The notes beneath the pieces were generated by a model. That model ran no database searches, was not told where the DNA came from, and worked only from the letters and a program-made list of their open reading frames with translations. Below are positions 1 through 13,306 of a DNA stretch of 64,000 bases, piece after piece (within the stretch, counting starts at the first letter, position 1; each line of letters opens with the position of its first letter). Both the position numbers and the translations under genes were made by a program. This stretch comes from the human T2T-CHM13v2.0 reference genome, Homo sapiens, in the NCBI RefSeq assembly GCF_009914755.1, contig NC_060925.1, one strand, 5' to 3'.

Positions 1-175
1 TGAAACAAAGTGGAACTCTATCAACAGCATGTGCCTTATAACATATTCTGTGTTATTAAAAGTCAAATTTGAGAAAACTAAAAATTGAGGATACTCATAA
101 AGACATTAGAAATGTTAAAAAATAAAAACAAGTAGCTAGACTTGGTAATTTCAGTGAGAAATGATTGATAGGCCC

Positions 176-561
176 TGATGTGGTTTGGCTCTGTGTCCCC
201 ACCCAAATCGCCTGTCAAATTCTAATTCCCAGTGTTGGGGGAGGGACCTGGTGGGAGGTGACTGGATCATAGGGGTGGATTTCCCCTGTGTTCTCCTGGT
301 GATACTGAGTTCTCATAAGATCTGGTTGTTTAAAAGTGTGTGTGTAGCACCTACCCCTGCTCTCTTTCTTTCCTGCTCCATCATGTGAAGAAGGTGCTTG
401 CTTCCCCTTCGCCCTTCCACCATGACTTTAAGTTTCCTGAGGATGCCCCAGCCATGCTTACTATACAGCCTGTGGAACTGTGAATCAATTAAACCTCTTT
501 TCTTCATAAATTACCCTGTCTCAGGTTGTTCTTTCTAGCAATGTGGGAATGGACTAACACA
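176..561 (+). mobile_element. MaLR solo LTR (THE1D/MSTA-type)
   Basis: Begins TGATGTGGTTTGGCTCTGTGTCCCCACCCAAATC and ends GGACTAACACA; ~386 bp; 5-bp TSD ggccc/ggctc (171-175, 562-566). Confidence 0.85.
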
Positions 562-669
562 GGCTCAGCGTCCCTTTCTTAACTATTTCACTCCATTTCT
601 GGAGTTTGTATGAACCCTCCAAACTTGTGTGGTTCTCCTTTTCAAAATCACCAAATTAAAACTGATGCC

Positions 670-1345
670 TTTGCAGAGAGTAGCAGGTGGTTGCCAGAAG
701 CTGTGGGGTGGGGGAAATTGGGAGATGCTGGACAAAGGGTATAGACTTTCAGTTTAAGATGACTAAGCTCTGGGGATCTAACATACAACACACTGATTAC
801 ACTTACTAATACTGCATTGTATACTTGACATTTGGAGACAGTGGATTTTAAGTGGCTTCCCCCTTCCTCACCCCACATACACACAAATAGTAACTAATTG
901 TGGTGATGATAATCTTTTTTTTTTTTTTTTTTTTTTTTAAAGACAAAGCCTCACTCTGTCACCTGGACTGCAGTGCTGTGGTGCAATCAGGACTCGCAGC
1001 AGCCTCAACCTCCCAGATTCAAGCGATCCTCCCAACTCAGCACCCCTCACGTTCTCCCCACCCCCAACTAGCTGGGACTACAGGCATGCACCACCATGCC
1101 CAGCCAATTTTTTCTAGAATTTTAGTAGAGATGAGATCTCTCTTTGCTGCCCAGGCTGGTCTTGAACTCCTGGGCTCAAGTGATCCCCCCACCTCGGCCT
1201 CCCAAAGTGCTAGGATTACAGCTGTGAGCCACCGTGCCTGGCTATGATAATCATTTCACAATGTATCCATCTATCAAGTCATCACAGTGTACACCTTGAA
1301 TACATACAATTTTTAATCTGTCCATTATATCTCAATAAAGCTGGA
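670..1345 (+). mobile_element. Old L1M (L1MA/MB-type) 3' end, split by an Alu
   Basis: Typical L1M 3'UTR text (gtggttgccag...ctggggatcta...ctcaataaagctgg) on both sides of the Alu. Confidence 0.65.
915..1243 (-). mobile_element. AluJ-type SINE
   Basis: Poly-T then reverse Alu; TSD atgataatc at 906-914 and 1244-1252. Confidence 0.9.
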
Positions 1346-1394
1346 ACACAACAATAAGATTCCTTCAGCCCAGGACTGGAAATAAAGAAGCTCT

Positions 1395-2095
1395 TAGAAT
1401 GGTGATCATTAAAAAGTCAAGAAACAACAGGTGCTGGAGAGGATGTGGAGAAATAGGAACAGTTTTACACCGTTGGTGGGACTGCAAACTAGTTCAACCA
1501 TTGTGGAAGACAGTGTGGCGATTCCTCAAGGATCTAGAACTAGAAATACCATTTGACCCAGCCATCCCATTACTGGGTATATACCCAAAGGATTATAAAT
1601 CATTCTACAATAAAGACACATGCACACATATGTTTATTGAAGCACTATTCACAATAGCAAAGACTTGGAACCAACCCAAATGTCCAACAATGATAGACTG
1701 GATTAAGAAAATGTGGCACATATACACCATGGAATACTATGCAGCCATAAAAAAGGATGAGATCATGTCCTTTGTAGGGACATGGAGGAAGCTGGAAACC
1801 ATCATTCTGAGCAAACTATCGCAAGGACAGAAAACCAAACACTGCATGTTCTCACTCACAGGTGGGAATTGAACAATGAGAACACTTGGACACAGGAAGG
1901 GGAACATTACACACCGGGGCCTGTTGTGGGGTGAGAGGAGGTGGGAGGGATAGCATTAGAGATATACCTAATGTAAATGACGAGTTGATGGGTGCAGCAC
2001 ACCAACATGGCACATGTATACATATGTAATGAACTTGCATGTTGTGCACATGTACCCTAGAACTTAAAGTATAATAAAAAATAAAAATAACAAAC
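1395..2095 (+). mobile_element. 5'-truncated L1PA (about L1PA4-6): ORF2 C-terminus, 3'UTR and A-tail
   Basis: ORF 1399-1872 is the L1 ORF2p C-terminal domain (RCWRGCGEIGT...HCMFSLTGGN), followed by the L1 3'UTR and an A-rich tail. Confidence 0.95.
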
Positions 2096-2159
2096 ATTTT
2101 TAAAAGAATAAAAAGTATTTCTGCTTCTGGTAAAAAAAAAATAAAAGAAAAAAGAAAAA

Positions 2160-3064
2160 ACCCTGACAGTTAAGCTAACCAAAAGGTGATGTTTCCTTGA
2201 CTCACCCTCCTGGAGTCTAAGCCTTAGTGGGCAGCTCCATGTCCCACCTGGTGCAAGCTGTAATAGATATAATCTGAGGGGTTCAGCTTCATATTCATGT
2301 ACTAGTGCAGTGCTGATTACACAGCAGACTTGAAACAGTAGTAAATTGTAGAGAAGAAGGAAAAAGAGCTGAACCTGTAAGAACTCACTCATCATTTCTG
2401 TCTCATTCTATTGGTAGAAGTGAGATACAAGGGAAGCCCAGTTTCAAAAAGTGAGGAAATAGAGTCCATCTTTTGATGAGAGGAGCTGGAGAATACCATG
2501 GTCACCTTTTTTAGTTACATATCTCCTTCTGCCACAGTTATTTACATCCCATCCACAAGCAAAATATGCTTACCTCCTCTGCCAAAAACCTCCTATCGTT
2601 ATGGCATTAGGCTCTGGTTTAAAGTGTAGGATCTCATCATCAAAATCACATCCAGGCATGGATGAGGCTCTTTGGGAGTGGTGTTCAGGTTCTCTTCTAG
2701 TATGGCTCTTCTTGATCTAGAACCTGTGGACTGAAAGAAGGTACCTGCCATCTTGAACTCTCCACCCTTACCCAACATGCAACAGTGAGATGGACACAAT
2801 AACCACAAAGGATACTCCCATGGAAACAGAGATGTGTAGTCATCTTGGGTTCATAGAAAATCTGAAATGGTGCCAGGAACATGTGCCAGTTCCCTTTACT
2901 CTAGGGCCAGGGAATGTTCCTTAGAGCTCATTTTTACTTCCTTTGAATAGTTTCATATTATACAATGGTGCTATAATTGTACAAGAGGTAATCCTGTAAT
3001 AAATTCCATATGCTATATCACTCATAGTGGTTCTGTTTTTCTGATCAAACTCTGACTGATACAA
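2160..3064. mobile_element. Degraded MaLR/ERVL-type LTR and internal fragments
   Basis: MLT-like motifs (gaaatagagtccatcttttgatgagaggagct) and an LTR-end motif ggttctgtttttctgatcaaactctgactgataca. Confidence 0.45.
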
Positions 3065-3149
3065 GCCCAATTAAAAAGAGGTGCCCCCATTAGTCTCAGA
3101 ATTTTCTTTAGTGGCATTACTTACTGGATTCTGGATCTTAGATCTGTGG

Positions 3150-4000
3150 ATGATCCCTATCAGGTCAGGAAAGCTTCAGGAGCCACCAGTGGGATTTTGA
3201 TGTAAGGGATTCCAGGGGATACAAACAAATTTATGCCCTTAGAAAAACAACCACTTTTGGTCCAGTTGGAGCTACTTGAGTTGGAAGGTCTTATGGGTCT
3301 GGTGCCTACATCGTAGCAACAAAGCTTCTAACTATATTTTGAAACAGATTAAACTGCGAACAGTCCAGAGTGATGGCTCAGATCTGGAGCGAATTAAAAT
3401 ATCAATCGTACTTTAAGGAAGGGGCCAAAATATTACACTCACAAGAAGGCGGCATGGCAGACACTGGGCCTCCACTATTCTGAAGGATGGCTGTGTCAAC
3501 TGAGATCAAAGGGGAACCTGTGATAAGAGGAAAATACCCTGGTAGGATTTACAGTGGAAACACAAAGACTACTAGTGCGTCACGGATAGCAATGCCACCA
3601 TAACCTGAAATAAAGTTAAATGCTAGGCTCTGCCTTCCCACCCACATGCCCTCAGAAAAGAAGGACCAAGCAAATTGGCACAATATATTTAGCTCCAGGT
3701 AGTTTCAATGCAGACAGTACAAGAAGCCAGGTGATTGGTGGGCTGCGGCTGATGGGCTGACTATATGGTCACATAGATGGAAACAAAATGCCTCGATAAT
3801 TAGTGTAAACCCAGCTTGGGAAAAGTAACTATAGAAAGCCCTGCTGATGTATGTAGATACCAACTTGATGAGGGAGAGGTTTATAAATATATGAAATAGA
3901 TGCTCTAACTTGAACCACAAGCCTATAAAAAGGAAAACTGGGACAATAGGGGTTATTTCCATCTCTGAATCCAATAGATTAGGGAATTAAATGAAGAATA
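3150..4000 (+). mobile_element. Decayed class III (ERVL-like) pol fragment, RNase H region
   Basis: Translates to MPLEKQPLL (~3232) and WAAADGLTIWSHRWK (3739-3783), resembling ERVL FEKQLLA and WAVANGLAxWSxxWK motifs; many stops; boundaries approximate. Confidence 0.6.
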
Positions 4001-4345
4001 TAAAGAGGGTACTCCAACCACTTGGAGAGAATCTGAGGCACTTCCATACTGCATCAAGTGATGGTACACAACCAGATGCAGAAGAGGAAAATTACTTTTC
4101 AGAAAGGCTTGTGGGGTCCCTAATTGCATTCAGTTTTTCTTCTCCTTCCTCTAGCTGATGGGACTCAATGGATATATTCCCAAGGCAAAGAAGAAGCATT
4201 GCTAGGAGTTTTCCCTCCAATGAGGAAATGAGCTTGTCTGATAGGAGAGGATAGCTATTTAGGCTAGAATAAATACCTTCTATTAGTGTCAAACACTTAT
4301 TTTGCAGGACTAGAGGCCTGATTACTCAGAGAGAGACTTGCATTA

Positions 4346-4553
<208 letters not shown>

Positions 4554-5199
4554 GGAAGTAGTGGTGAAGGCAGAAACAGAAATAGGTAACTAAGAGACCA
4601 GATGACTCACATCTGGTGATGAACAAGCTAAGAAAAAAAGGCCTAAGATATAATGGACTAAAGTTATATTTACCCTTTGGTGACAATTTTGGCTACACTG
4701 TTACACTATATACACTATACTTTTAATTGTATTAGGGATGATGACAATATTTATGACCAGTTGTGCAACTCAACAGCCATTAGTGATTACCACTACGGCA
4801 GCTGGTTTTGTGTGTACTATATTGTGTGCTTGTAGGTACTCAGGATGGTAGCTTTTGCTGTTGCTACTTTTAGGTCAACCAATGTATCTGATGTGGAAGC
4901 AGAACCCCTGTGTCCTGTTGCCTGAACTACAAACAGTAATTGTAGTTACATTATAACATCAGCATCTGCCACATCTGCTGGAACAAATAATACAGATGTA
5001 GTATCTACTGGCACAAGAATTTCATGCTCACAACATCCTTGCTCTCCCATATAACCTGGACAGGAACCTATAACTAAGGAACCTATACCTAAACTATAAA
5101 CAAGCACACAGCCATTTCAAGAAGTTTCATGTGGGAATTCCTGTGTATTTACTGGTTTCAGATACTGAAGATATACCTACCAGTTAATTTCCTATGAAC

Positions 5200-5640
5200 T
5201 AGCAATTCTCAACCCTGGTTGCACATTAAAATCACCTGGCAGAATTTTTTTTGAAATAATTAAAAAAAATTTTTTATATGTCCAGGGCTGACTTTCAATA
5301 CATTTCAGCGAGAGAGTTGCTCTGCTACATAGGAAACCCCAAACCCCGACCCAGAAGCAGGTCGTCTCTGAGTGATTCAGCGCCAGGTTCCCTACGAACG
5401 TGCCTTGTATGAAGGGCGTGGGGGTGGCTGCCTTTTCGGCTGCACCCCATTTCCCAGGACTAGGGGCTCTCTGCACCCGACCCGGTCCCGGTGCACGGCC
5501 GGGCAGCCCGTCGGGACCTGGCAGAACTTTTAAACCACGTGATGCATGTGTTCCATCCCCAAAGATGATTTAATTGGTTTGAGTTGGATATATATATTTT
5601 TAAAGCTCCCCAGATGATTCCATAAAATGCATACTAGTAT
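5200..5640. mobile_element. MER5-type hAT MITE interrupted by a 28S rRNA retrocopy
   Basis: ttctcaaccctggttgcacattaaaatcacctgg ... aagctccccagatgattc. Confidence 0.65.
5250..5515 (-). pseudogene. Retroposed 3'-terminal fragment of 28S rRNA (LSU-rRNA / SINE28-like)
   Basis: Minus strand reads ...gacgacctgcttctgggtcggggttt...gtagcagagcaactctctcgctg...attgaaagtcagccct, matching the 28S 3' end; A-rich tail; TSD acctggcagaa(t/c)tttt at 5234-5249 and 5516-5531. Confidence 0.92.
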
Positions 5641-5670
5641 AAACAACAGGGCCCATACTGCGAACTAGCG

Positions 5671-6134
<464 letters not shown>

Positions 6135-6729
6135 AACTTGTGAAACAAGTTGCTGGTGTTTGAGCAAGCATCATTTTATTTCTACTAATGCACGAGAAAG
6201 ACAATTATCCCCAACATGAGCTGGGACAGAACTCTGTGGTCTTATGTGATTATTTGCACTTCTTGAGAATAAATCAGTTTTCCTGAAAATAATGTTTGCT
6301 AGACTTCCATGAGAATGAAGTTTTCTTCTGGAGAGCTAAAATTAGCCACACAGACGTTTGTCCTGATAATACTTAAGTAGAAATTCTTCTCTTCCACCCC
6401 TGCCCCTGCCTGCGCCCCCCAACCCCTCTCACCTCAAGAAATGATTCATGGTAGGGGCTTCTGGCTGTGAGACTAGGAAGCTAGGGAATATTTGCCCATG
6501 TAGTTACCATTTTCAATGCTCTTCATTATTTGGTGTAGATCCATAGTTCATCTGGTATCATTTTTTTCTGCCTGAAAGACTTTAACATTTATATTGTGTG
6601 GGTCTGCTGGTGAAGAATTCTTTCTGCTTTTGTACCTCTGAAAATATCATTTTTTTCACTTTCATTTTTGGAAGATATTTTCACTGGGTGTATTAGGGCT
6701 TTCCACAGAAACAGAACCAGAAGGATATA

Positions 6730-6837
6730 CAGGCGTTCCTTGTCATAAGTTGAGGAACGTCCTGAATATATATTGTTTTCCCACCATCACAAAGTAAAAA
6801 ATCATAAAGGGATCCATCGTAAGTCAGGGACCATCTA
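6730..6837. mobile_element. MER47/Tigger5-derived short MITE
   Basis: Ends ccatcgtaagtcagggaccatct; TA flanks. Confidence 0.6.
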
Positions 6838-7191
6838 TATAGACAGGTATAGCTAGATAGGAGTAGATTTATTATGAGAATTGGCTTACAAGATTATGGA
6901 GACTGAGAAGTCCCAAAATATGCCATCTGCAAGCTGGAGAACCAGGAAAGCTGGTGGTGTCATTCATTCTGAGTCCAAAAGCCTAAGAACCGGGGGAGTC
7001 AATGGTGTATCTCAGTATGAGGAGAGCTGCTGGTATAAATCCCACAGTGCAGTGGCCTGAGAACCAGGAGCTCTGATGTCTGAAGGTAGAAGATAGACAC
7101 CCTACCTCAAAAAGAAAGCTTTCTTCACCTTTTTGCTCTATTCAGGCCCTCAATGAATTAAATAATACCCACCCACCCTGGTAAGGGCAGA

Positions 7192-7490
7192 TTTTTTTTT
7201 TTTTTTTTAAGAGATGGAATCTCACTCTGTCACCAGGCTGGAGTGCAGAGGCGCGATCTTGGCTCACTGCAACCTCTGCCCCCTGGGGTTCAAATGATTC
7301 TCCTGTCTCAGCCTCCCAAGTAGCTGGGACTAGAGGCATGCGCCACCATGCCCAGCTGATTCTTGTATTTTTTGTAGAGACGGGGTTTCAGCATGTTGGC
7401 CAGGATAGTCTCGATCTCTTGACCTTGTGATCCTCCTGCCTCAGCGTCCCAAAGTGCTGGGATTACAGGTGTGAGCCACCATGCCTGGGC
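7192..7490 (-). mobile_element. AluS (Sc-like), inserted in the tail of the adjacent AluJ
   Basis: Full reverse Alu; outer TSD ggcagat flanks the two-Alu block. Confidence 0.9.
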
Positions 7491-7789
7491 TTTTTTTCTT
7501 ATTTTTTGAGACAGTGTCTCACTCTTTTACACAGGCTGGAGTGCAGTGGTGCAATCATAGCTCGTTGCAGCCCTGAACTAACTGGGCTCAAGTGATCCTC
7601 CTGCCTTGCTTCTTGAGTAGCTAAGGCTACATGTGCACACCACCATGCCCAGGTAATTTTTTATGTTTTGTAGAGATGGGGTCCTGCTATGTTAACCAGG
7701 CTGGTCTCAAACTCTGGGCATTAAGTGATCCTCCTGCCTCAGCCTCGCAAAACTCTGGGATTACAGGCAGGAGCCACCACACCTGGCTG
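7491..7789 (-). mobile_element. AluJ
   Basis: Reverse Alu with J-type text (gcaatcatagctc, ctgggctcaagtgatcc). Confidence 0.88.
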
Positions 7790-8079
7790 GCAGATCTTTA
7801 CTCAGTCTACTGATTCAAATGCTAATCTCTTCCAGAAACACCCTCACAGACACACCCATAAATAATGCTTTACCAGATATCTGGGCATCCCTTACTGTAG
7901 CCATATAAAACTTTGTGACATTAAATTAACCATCACACTGGGTATAGAATTCTAGATTGACAGGTTTTTTTTTTTTTTACAGTACTTTAAAGATACTGTT
8001 CTGCTATCTTCTCCATAGCAAAATAAGAAATTTGCTAATATCCTTGTCGTTTTCTTCTGTATATAATGTGTCTTTATAA

Positions 8080-8780
<701 letters not shown>

Positions 8781-8819
8781 TGAATGCACAAGTAAACTCA
8801 TTTCTACGCTCAGCGTGTG

Positions 8820-9440
8820 CATAGCATTATAGTTTGAATTGTATCCCTTCCCAAAAATATATGTTGAAGTCTTAACCCCCAGTACCTCAGCACCTCGGTA
8901 AGTGACTTTATTTGGAAATAGGATATTTACAGAGGTAATCAAGTTAAAATGAGGCTAGTAGGGTAGGCCATAATCCAATGACTGCATCTTTATAAGAAAG
9001 GGAAATTTGGACGCAGAGACAGATATGCAGAGGGAAGAAGATGTGAAGACACACAGCGAAGAGACAGCATAGTACTGGAGTGCTGCATGTATAAGACAAG
9101 GAAGGCCTGGGATTGCCAGCAAATCCAGGAAGCCAGGAAGAAGCAGGAAGCCAGAAGCCAGGAAGAAACAAGGAAGGTCTGGCCTGGGATTGCCAGCAAA
9201 CACCAGAAGCCAGGAAGAAACAAGGAAGGTCTGGCCTGGGATTGCCAGCAAACACCAGAAGCCAGGAAGAAGCAAGGAAGGTCTATCCCTTACAGGTCTC
9301 AGAGGGAGTAGGGCCCTGCTCATACCTTGATTTCAGACTTCTAGGCTCCAGAAATGTGAGACAATACATTACCATGCCTGACTCGTATGTTTTATACCAT
9401 CTGGTTTTGGTGCTTAACAACCCTAGGAAATGACTACATG
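8820..9440 (+). mobile_element. MLT1 (B/C-type) MaLR LTR with internal tandem expansion
   Basis: atgttgaagtcttaacccccagtacctcag, tttggaaatagg, taatccaatgact ... ccctaggaaatgactaca. Confidence 0.8.
9151..9284. repeat. 52-bp tandem repeat, ~2.6 near-identical copies
   Basis: Unit ccagaagccaggaagaaacaaggaaggtctggcctgggattgccagcaaaca starts at 9151, 9203 and 9255 (partial). Confidence 0.92.
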
Positions 9441-9588
9441 TGTGTTTCATACATGTGTTTGATTTGGAGCATTGCACATTACCATGCCGGACTCGTATGT
9501 TTTATACCATCTGGTTTTGGTGCTTAGCAACCCTAGGAAATGACTACATGTGTGTTTCATACATGTGTTTGATTTGGAGCATTGCACA
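9366..9588. repeat. 110-bp tandem duplication
   Basis: 9366-9475 and 9476-9585 differ at 2 positions. Confidence 0.95.
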
Positions 9589-10385
9589 GTTCCCAATCAC
9601 TCAATCTCCCTCTGCACAAACAAGTTACAAGAATCCATCAGGACCAGCAATCCACACTAGGGGTACAGCATACCAGGTCTGGAGCCCTGTTGGCTCTCCA
9701 TTATTCCACTTCATCAAGTGCCCTGTTTTTTGAGCAAATTGCAAGGTTTGCTAGACTGACCACTGGAAGATGGTGGCTGCTGCCTCAGTGAGCTTTTAAT
9801 TCAAAGGGACAACTGGTCTCTGGAACCAGGGAACCACCATGTTCAGTCCAGGCCAAATTGCCAAACTTCCCAGTTGTGAACTAAATAAATGATTGTTATT
9901 TTAAGTCACTGTGTTTTGGAATGGCTTATTACATAGCAAAAGATAATAAAGCCCTCTAATAATGCTTGCTTTAATATTTGTATATTTCTCATATGAATGC
10001 ATTTACTTTCTCTCTTTTTGTACTTGAATGAGTTTGGCTGAATATACAATTGTAAGTTGGCAGTTATTTTCTATCAGTTCACTGAAGACAGTTTTCTACT
10101 ATGTGCTAACACGGTTGCTGAGATCTGATGTCGGACTAATTACAGTATCTTTGTAAGTATTCTTTCTCTGTGAATATTTATTTCTCATTGATACACTACA
10201 GTTTCACACTGATGCATCCAGGGGATGTGTGTGTCCTGTCTTGGAAATGTTTCCTTCCTCATTCTGAAGATATGTGTGTCTTTTGTTAAGTCAGGAAATT
10301 CTCTATTTTCTCTTTAAGTATTGCCTCACCCTTTCTATTTTCTTCTTCCAGAACTCTATATTTGATTTCTCTCTCCCCCACCCGC

Positions 10386-11150
10386 TTTTTGTCTTCTGAG
10401 AGCAAGGTTTAATGATGACTCAGAATTATGATTATAATCATTTTTAAAGTACTACCAATTCCAACACGCTGTGTAGGAATTACTCAGACTTTTTACCCCT
10501 TTAACTTCTGAAAAACCGAAGTGACTAACCATTCCTGGACTTAGCTGAGGAAGTAAAATGCATTTCCTTATCAATAATTACCACAGAAAAGCACACTTAG
10601 CTTGCATTTCAAGTTGTCTTCAGTAAAGTCTCTTTTGCTTGCAATAGTTGTATTCTCCTGATTGCTCTTCTCCGACTTCTGTTCTCTGTAATAGAGATAG
10701 ATGTGTTGTGAAGGGCTACCTCCAAAGTCTTGCTTTTCCCTTTCTTTGCCTTGGGAGCACCTGGTGGGAGCAAGCCTTGCAGGTGCGGGCAATCGGTGGC
10801 GTCCATGGGCAGGGTAGCAGAGCTCAGCACTGCAGCTGGGCTGAGAATGGCCACTCTTGGTTTCTTTTGCTTCCACCTGGGAGACTTGCCCTGGCCTTTT
10901 CCTCTTTACCCTTTACCTGGCAAAGTAAACTTTTTCTCAGCTGAACGGGTGAGTGTGGTTTCCAATCCTAAGATGCAGAAGGAGGCCGAGTCCCCGCATC
11001 CCCCAGGGGCCATGCCCACAGGTCTGTTCCTTCAGCTTTCTCCTCCGTGCTGGTCCGGGACCCCCGCGGCTCCCATGCTTCTCGCCCGGTGCCTGTGAGG
11101 CCCGGATGTGCAGGGGACGGAGCCCAGCGCCAGCGACCTCACCCCCCCGG
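10386..11150 (-). pseudogene. Putative processed pseudogene, parent not identified
   Basis: CpG-rich 5' end, AT-rich 3' end, ATTAAA (10408-10413) 17 nt before an A5 remnant, disrupted ORFs, ctctcc on both flanks, interrupts old L1-like DNA. Confidence 0.6.
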
Positions 11151-11900
11151 CTCTCCATGTCTTTTAATTCCTTACATTTCTAATTATGTCTGTGCTGCAT
11201 TCTGGCTAACTTTTTAAAATCTAGCTTTATCTCCTCTTCATCTGTATCCCATCTGTTTAACTCTTCCATTGAAATTATTTATCTATTTTATATCTAGAAT
11301 TTTTAATTTTATCTCTGACCTTACCCTTTTGTCCTTTACTTCTTATGTTTTTATACCCTCTTTATTTCTTTAAATATTTTAAACATATTTGTTTTATATT
11401 CTCTACATGAAAATTCCAGTGTCTGATGAAGGAGCGTGCCTCATTTTGCTGTGTTGTTTCTGCTCTCACTGGGGCTTGTTTCCTCGTGGGTTTTGTAATT
11501 TTTTTTCCTGTAAGCTCATGTCCAGTTGATCTTAATTTGTGAGAATCCTTTGAAAACTGAAGGTTCATTTCTCTAGGGAGGATTTGTGTTAGTTTCTGTC
11601 AGGTGCTCCTGAGGTTACAACACTATGCAGATATGGTAAATCTGAAACTCCAAATTCAAAGATGTTCAAACATATGTTTGAATTCTCAGGTGACACTTCT
11701 CCTTTCTCACCCAAAGCCCAGCCTGTGTGGGAAATAATTTTTTTTTAAATAATGTATTTTCTTAGAGATCCCTGCTTTGTGCTTCCAACTGCTCACTTTA
11801 CATGAATCCAAGGCCCCCATCTCCTGTCTCTTGCATAGACTTCTACACCCAAGGCTTTATGTACTTGACATTGGTAATGCCCTCAGGGTAGGTATAGAGT

Positions 11901-11902
<2 letters not shown>

Positions 11903-11944
<42 letters not shown>

Positions 11945-11958
11945 CGGGGGGGGGGGGG
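11903..11958. repeat. (GT)20 microsatellite followed by G13
   Basis: Direct reading. Confidence 0.95.
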
Positions 11959-12280
11959 TGGTGAGGGGGTGCCTCAGAGCTCAGTTAGGGCTCTGGCTTC
12001 CTCCGTCCTCTTCAGTGATCCCCAAACAATTTCCTTACTTTCTTCTGCAAGCCTGTAAAGCATTATCCCTCAGTCCAATTCTTGAATTTCAAAACCATGT
12101 AATCATCCTCAAATTATTTCGCCTTATATATTTTTTTCAGGGGTACATTTGCATTTTGTTTTGTAATAATTACCTATATTTGCAAATATTTAACTGCTTT
12201 CAATGCCCACACCTGTCATTTTATGACTTGCTAATTCTAGAGCTAATTTTGCATTACTTAAAAAACTCATAGCACCAATT

Positions 12281-12585
12281 TATTTTTTTCCTTCCCCTCC
12301 CCCTCCTCATCCTGGGTCTCCGTTGCTGATGCTGGGTGCAGTGGTATGATCATAGCTTACTGCAGCCTCCAACTCCTGAGCTCAAGTGATTCTCCCACCT
12401 CAGCCTCCTGGGAAGTTGGAACGGCAGGTGTGAGCCACCACACCCAGCTAATTTTTTAAACTTTTTGTAGAGATAGGTTTTAGCTTTGTTGCCCGGGCTG
12501 GTCTGGAACTCCTGGCTTCAAGCAATCCTCCTGCCTTGGCCTCCCTAAGTGACGGAATTACAAGTGTTAGCCACTTCGCCCAGCC
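12281..12585 (-). mobile_element. Degraded AluJ
   Basis: Reverse Alu body with a decayed tail. Confidence 0.85.
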
Positions 12586-13306
12586 ACCCTTTTCTTATGA
12601 AAATTAAATGGGAGGTATATTTTATGAGATCTTTAAGAATCTCCATCTCCCTCACAAAATAAACATTTTTTTAAAAAATAAAGAAAATTGGTCAGGTGTA
12701 GTATTTTTGAGTTCTAAATCTATCTCCTCAATAAAAAGAAACAACTCTATGGATCACACTTCACTGTTTTCTGCCACTTAATGTCGAAATTCTGGGGGTG
12801 GTCTGTTTCTTTGAAGATATTTTGTCTTTCTTTCCAAGATTCTTATGGAAGTTTTAACTCATTCTTCATAAGACCTTTCCCAGCATATGTCAAGATAGAT
12901 GCCAGTCTCTATTTTCAAAAAAGGATGACCATATTGTAGGAAAAAACATCCTTTTTTTAGCTCAGGAATGTTTTCTTGTCTTCTTCTTGTACTTTTTTAA
13001 AAGAAGTTTTAAAATTTTTAATTGGAAAACTTACTAGCCAAACGTTGGTGCTCTAATTTTTACCTCCTATATTCTTATTTATCATTTATTATATATGTTC
13101 TTTTCCTCTGCCTTCTCAGAGAGCTTCTCAAGTTTTTATTCCGTTATCACTGATTTTTCCTCGGTATTATTCTCTTCTTTAATGCCTGCTTCAGACCAGT
13201 CTTTATCCCAAATAGGAGTGCAGTTCTGCTGTACTCCAAGAACATATCACAAAGCCTAGTGCATTATCATTTGTTTTGTAGCCTTTTAATTACCTACCTA
13301 GAGTGT

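Larger units (their letters stand above)
6689..7937 (-). mobile_element. MLT2 (ERVL) solo LTR with nested MITE and two Alus, itself inserted in an old L1M
   Basis: tgtattagggctttccacagaaacagaacc ... aaattaaccatcaca; perfect TSD ctggg at 6684-6688 and 7938-7942. Confidence 0.85.

Noticed and set aside
1399-1872. 157-aa ORF as a gene
   Set aside because: It is the C-terminal remnant of L1 ORF2 in a 5'-truncated element with no promoter, endonuclease or RT
8944-9433. Overlapping repetitive ORFs, or a CRISPR-like array
   Set aside because: Produced by a 52-bp tandem repeat with no unique spacers, in eukaryotic LTR DNA
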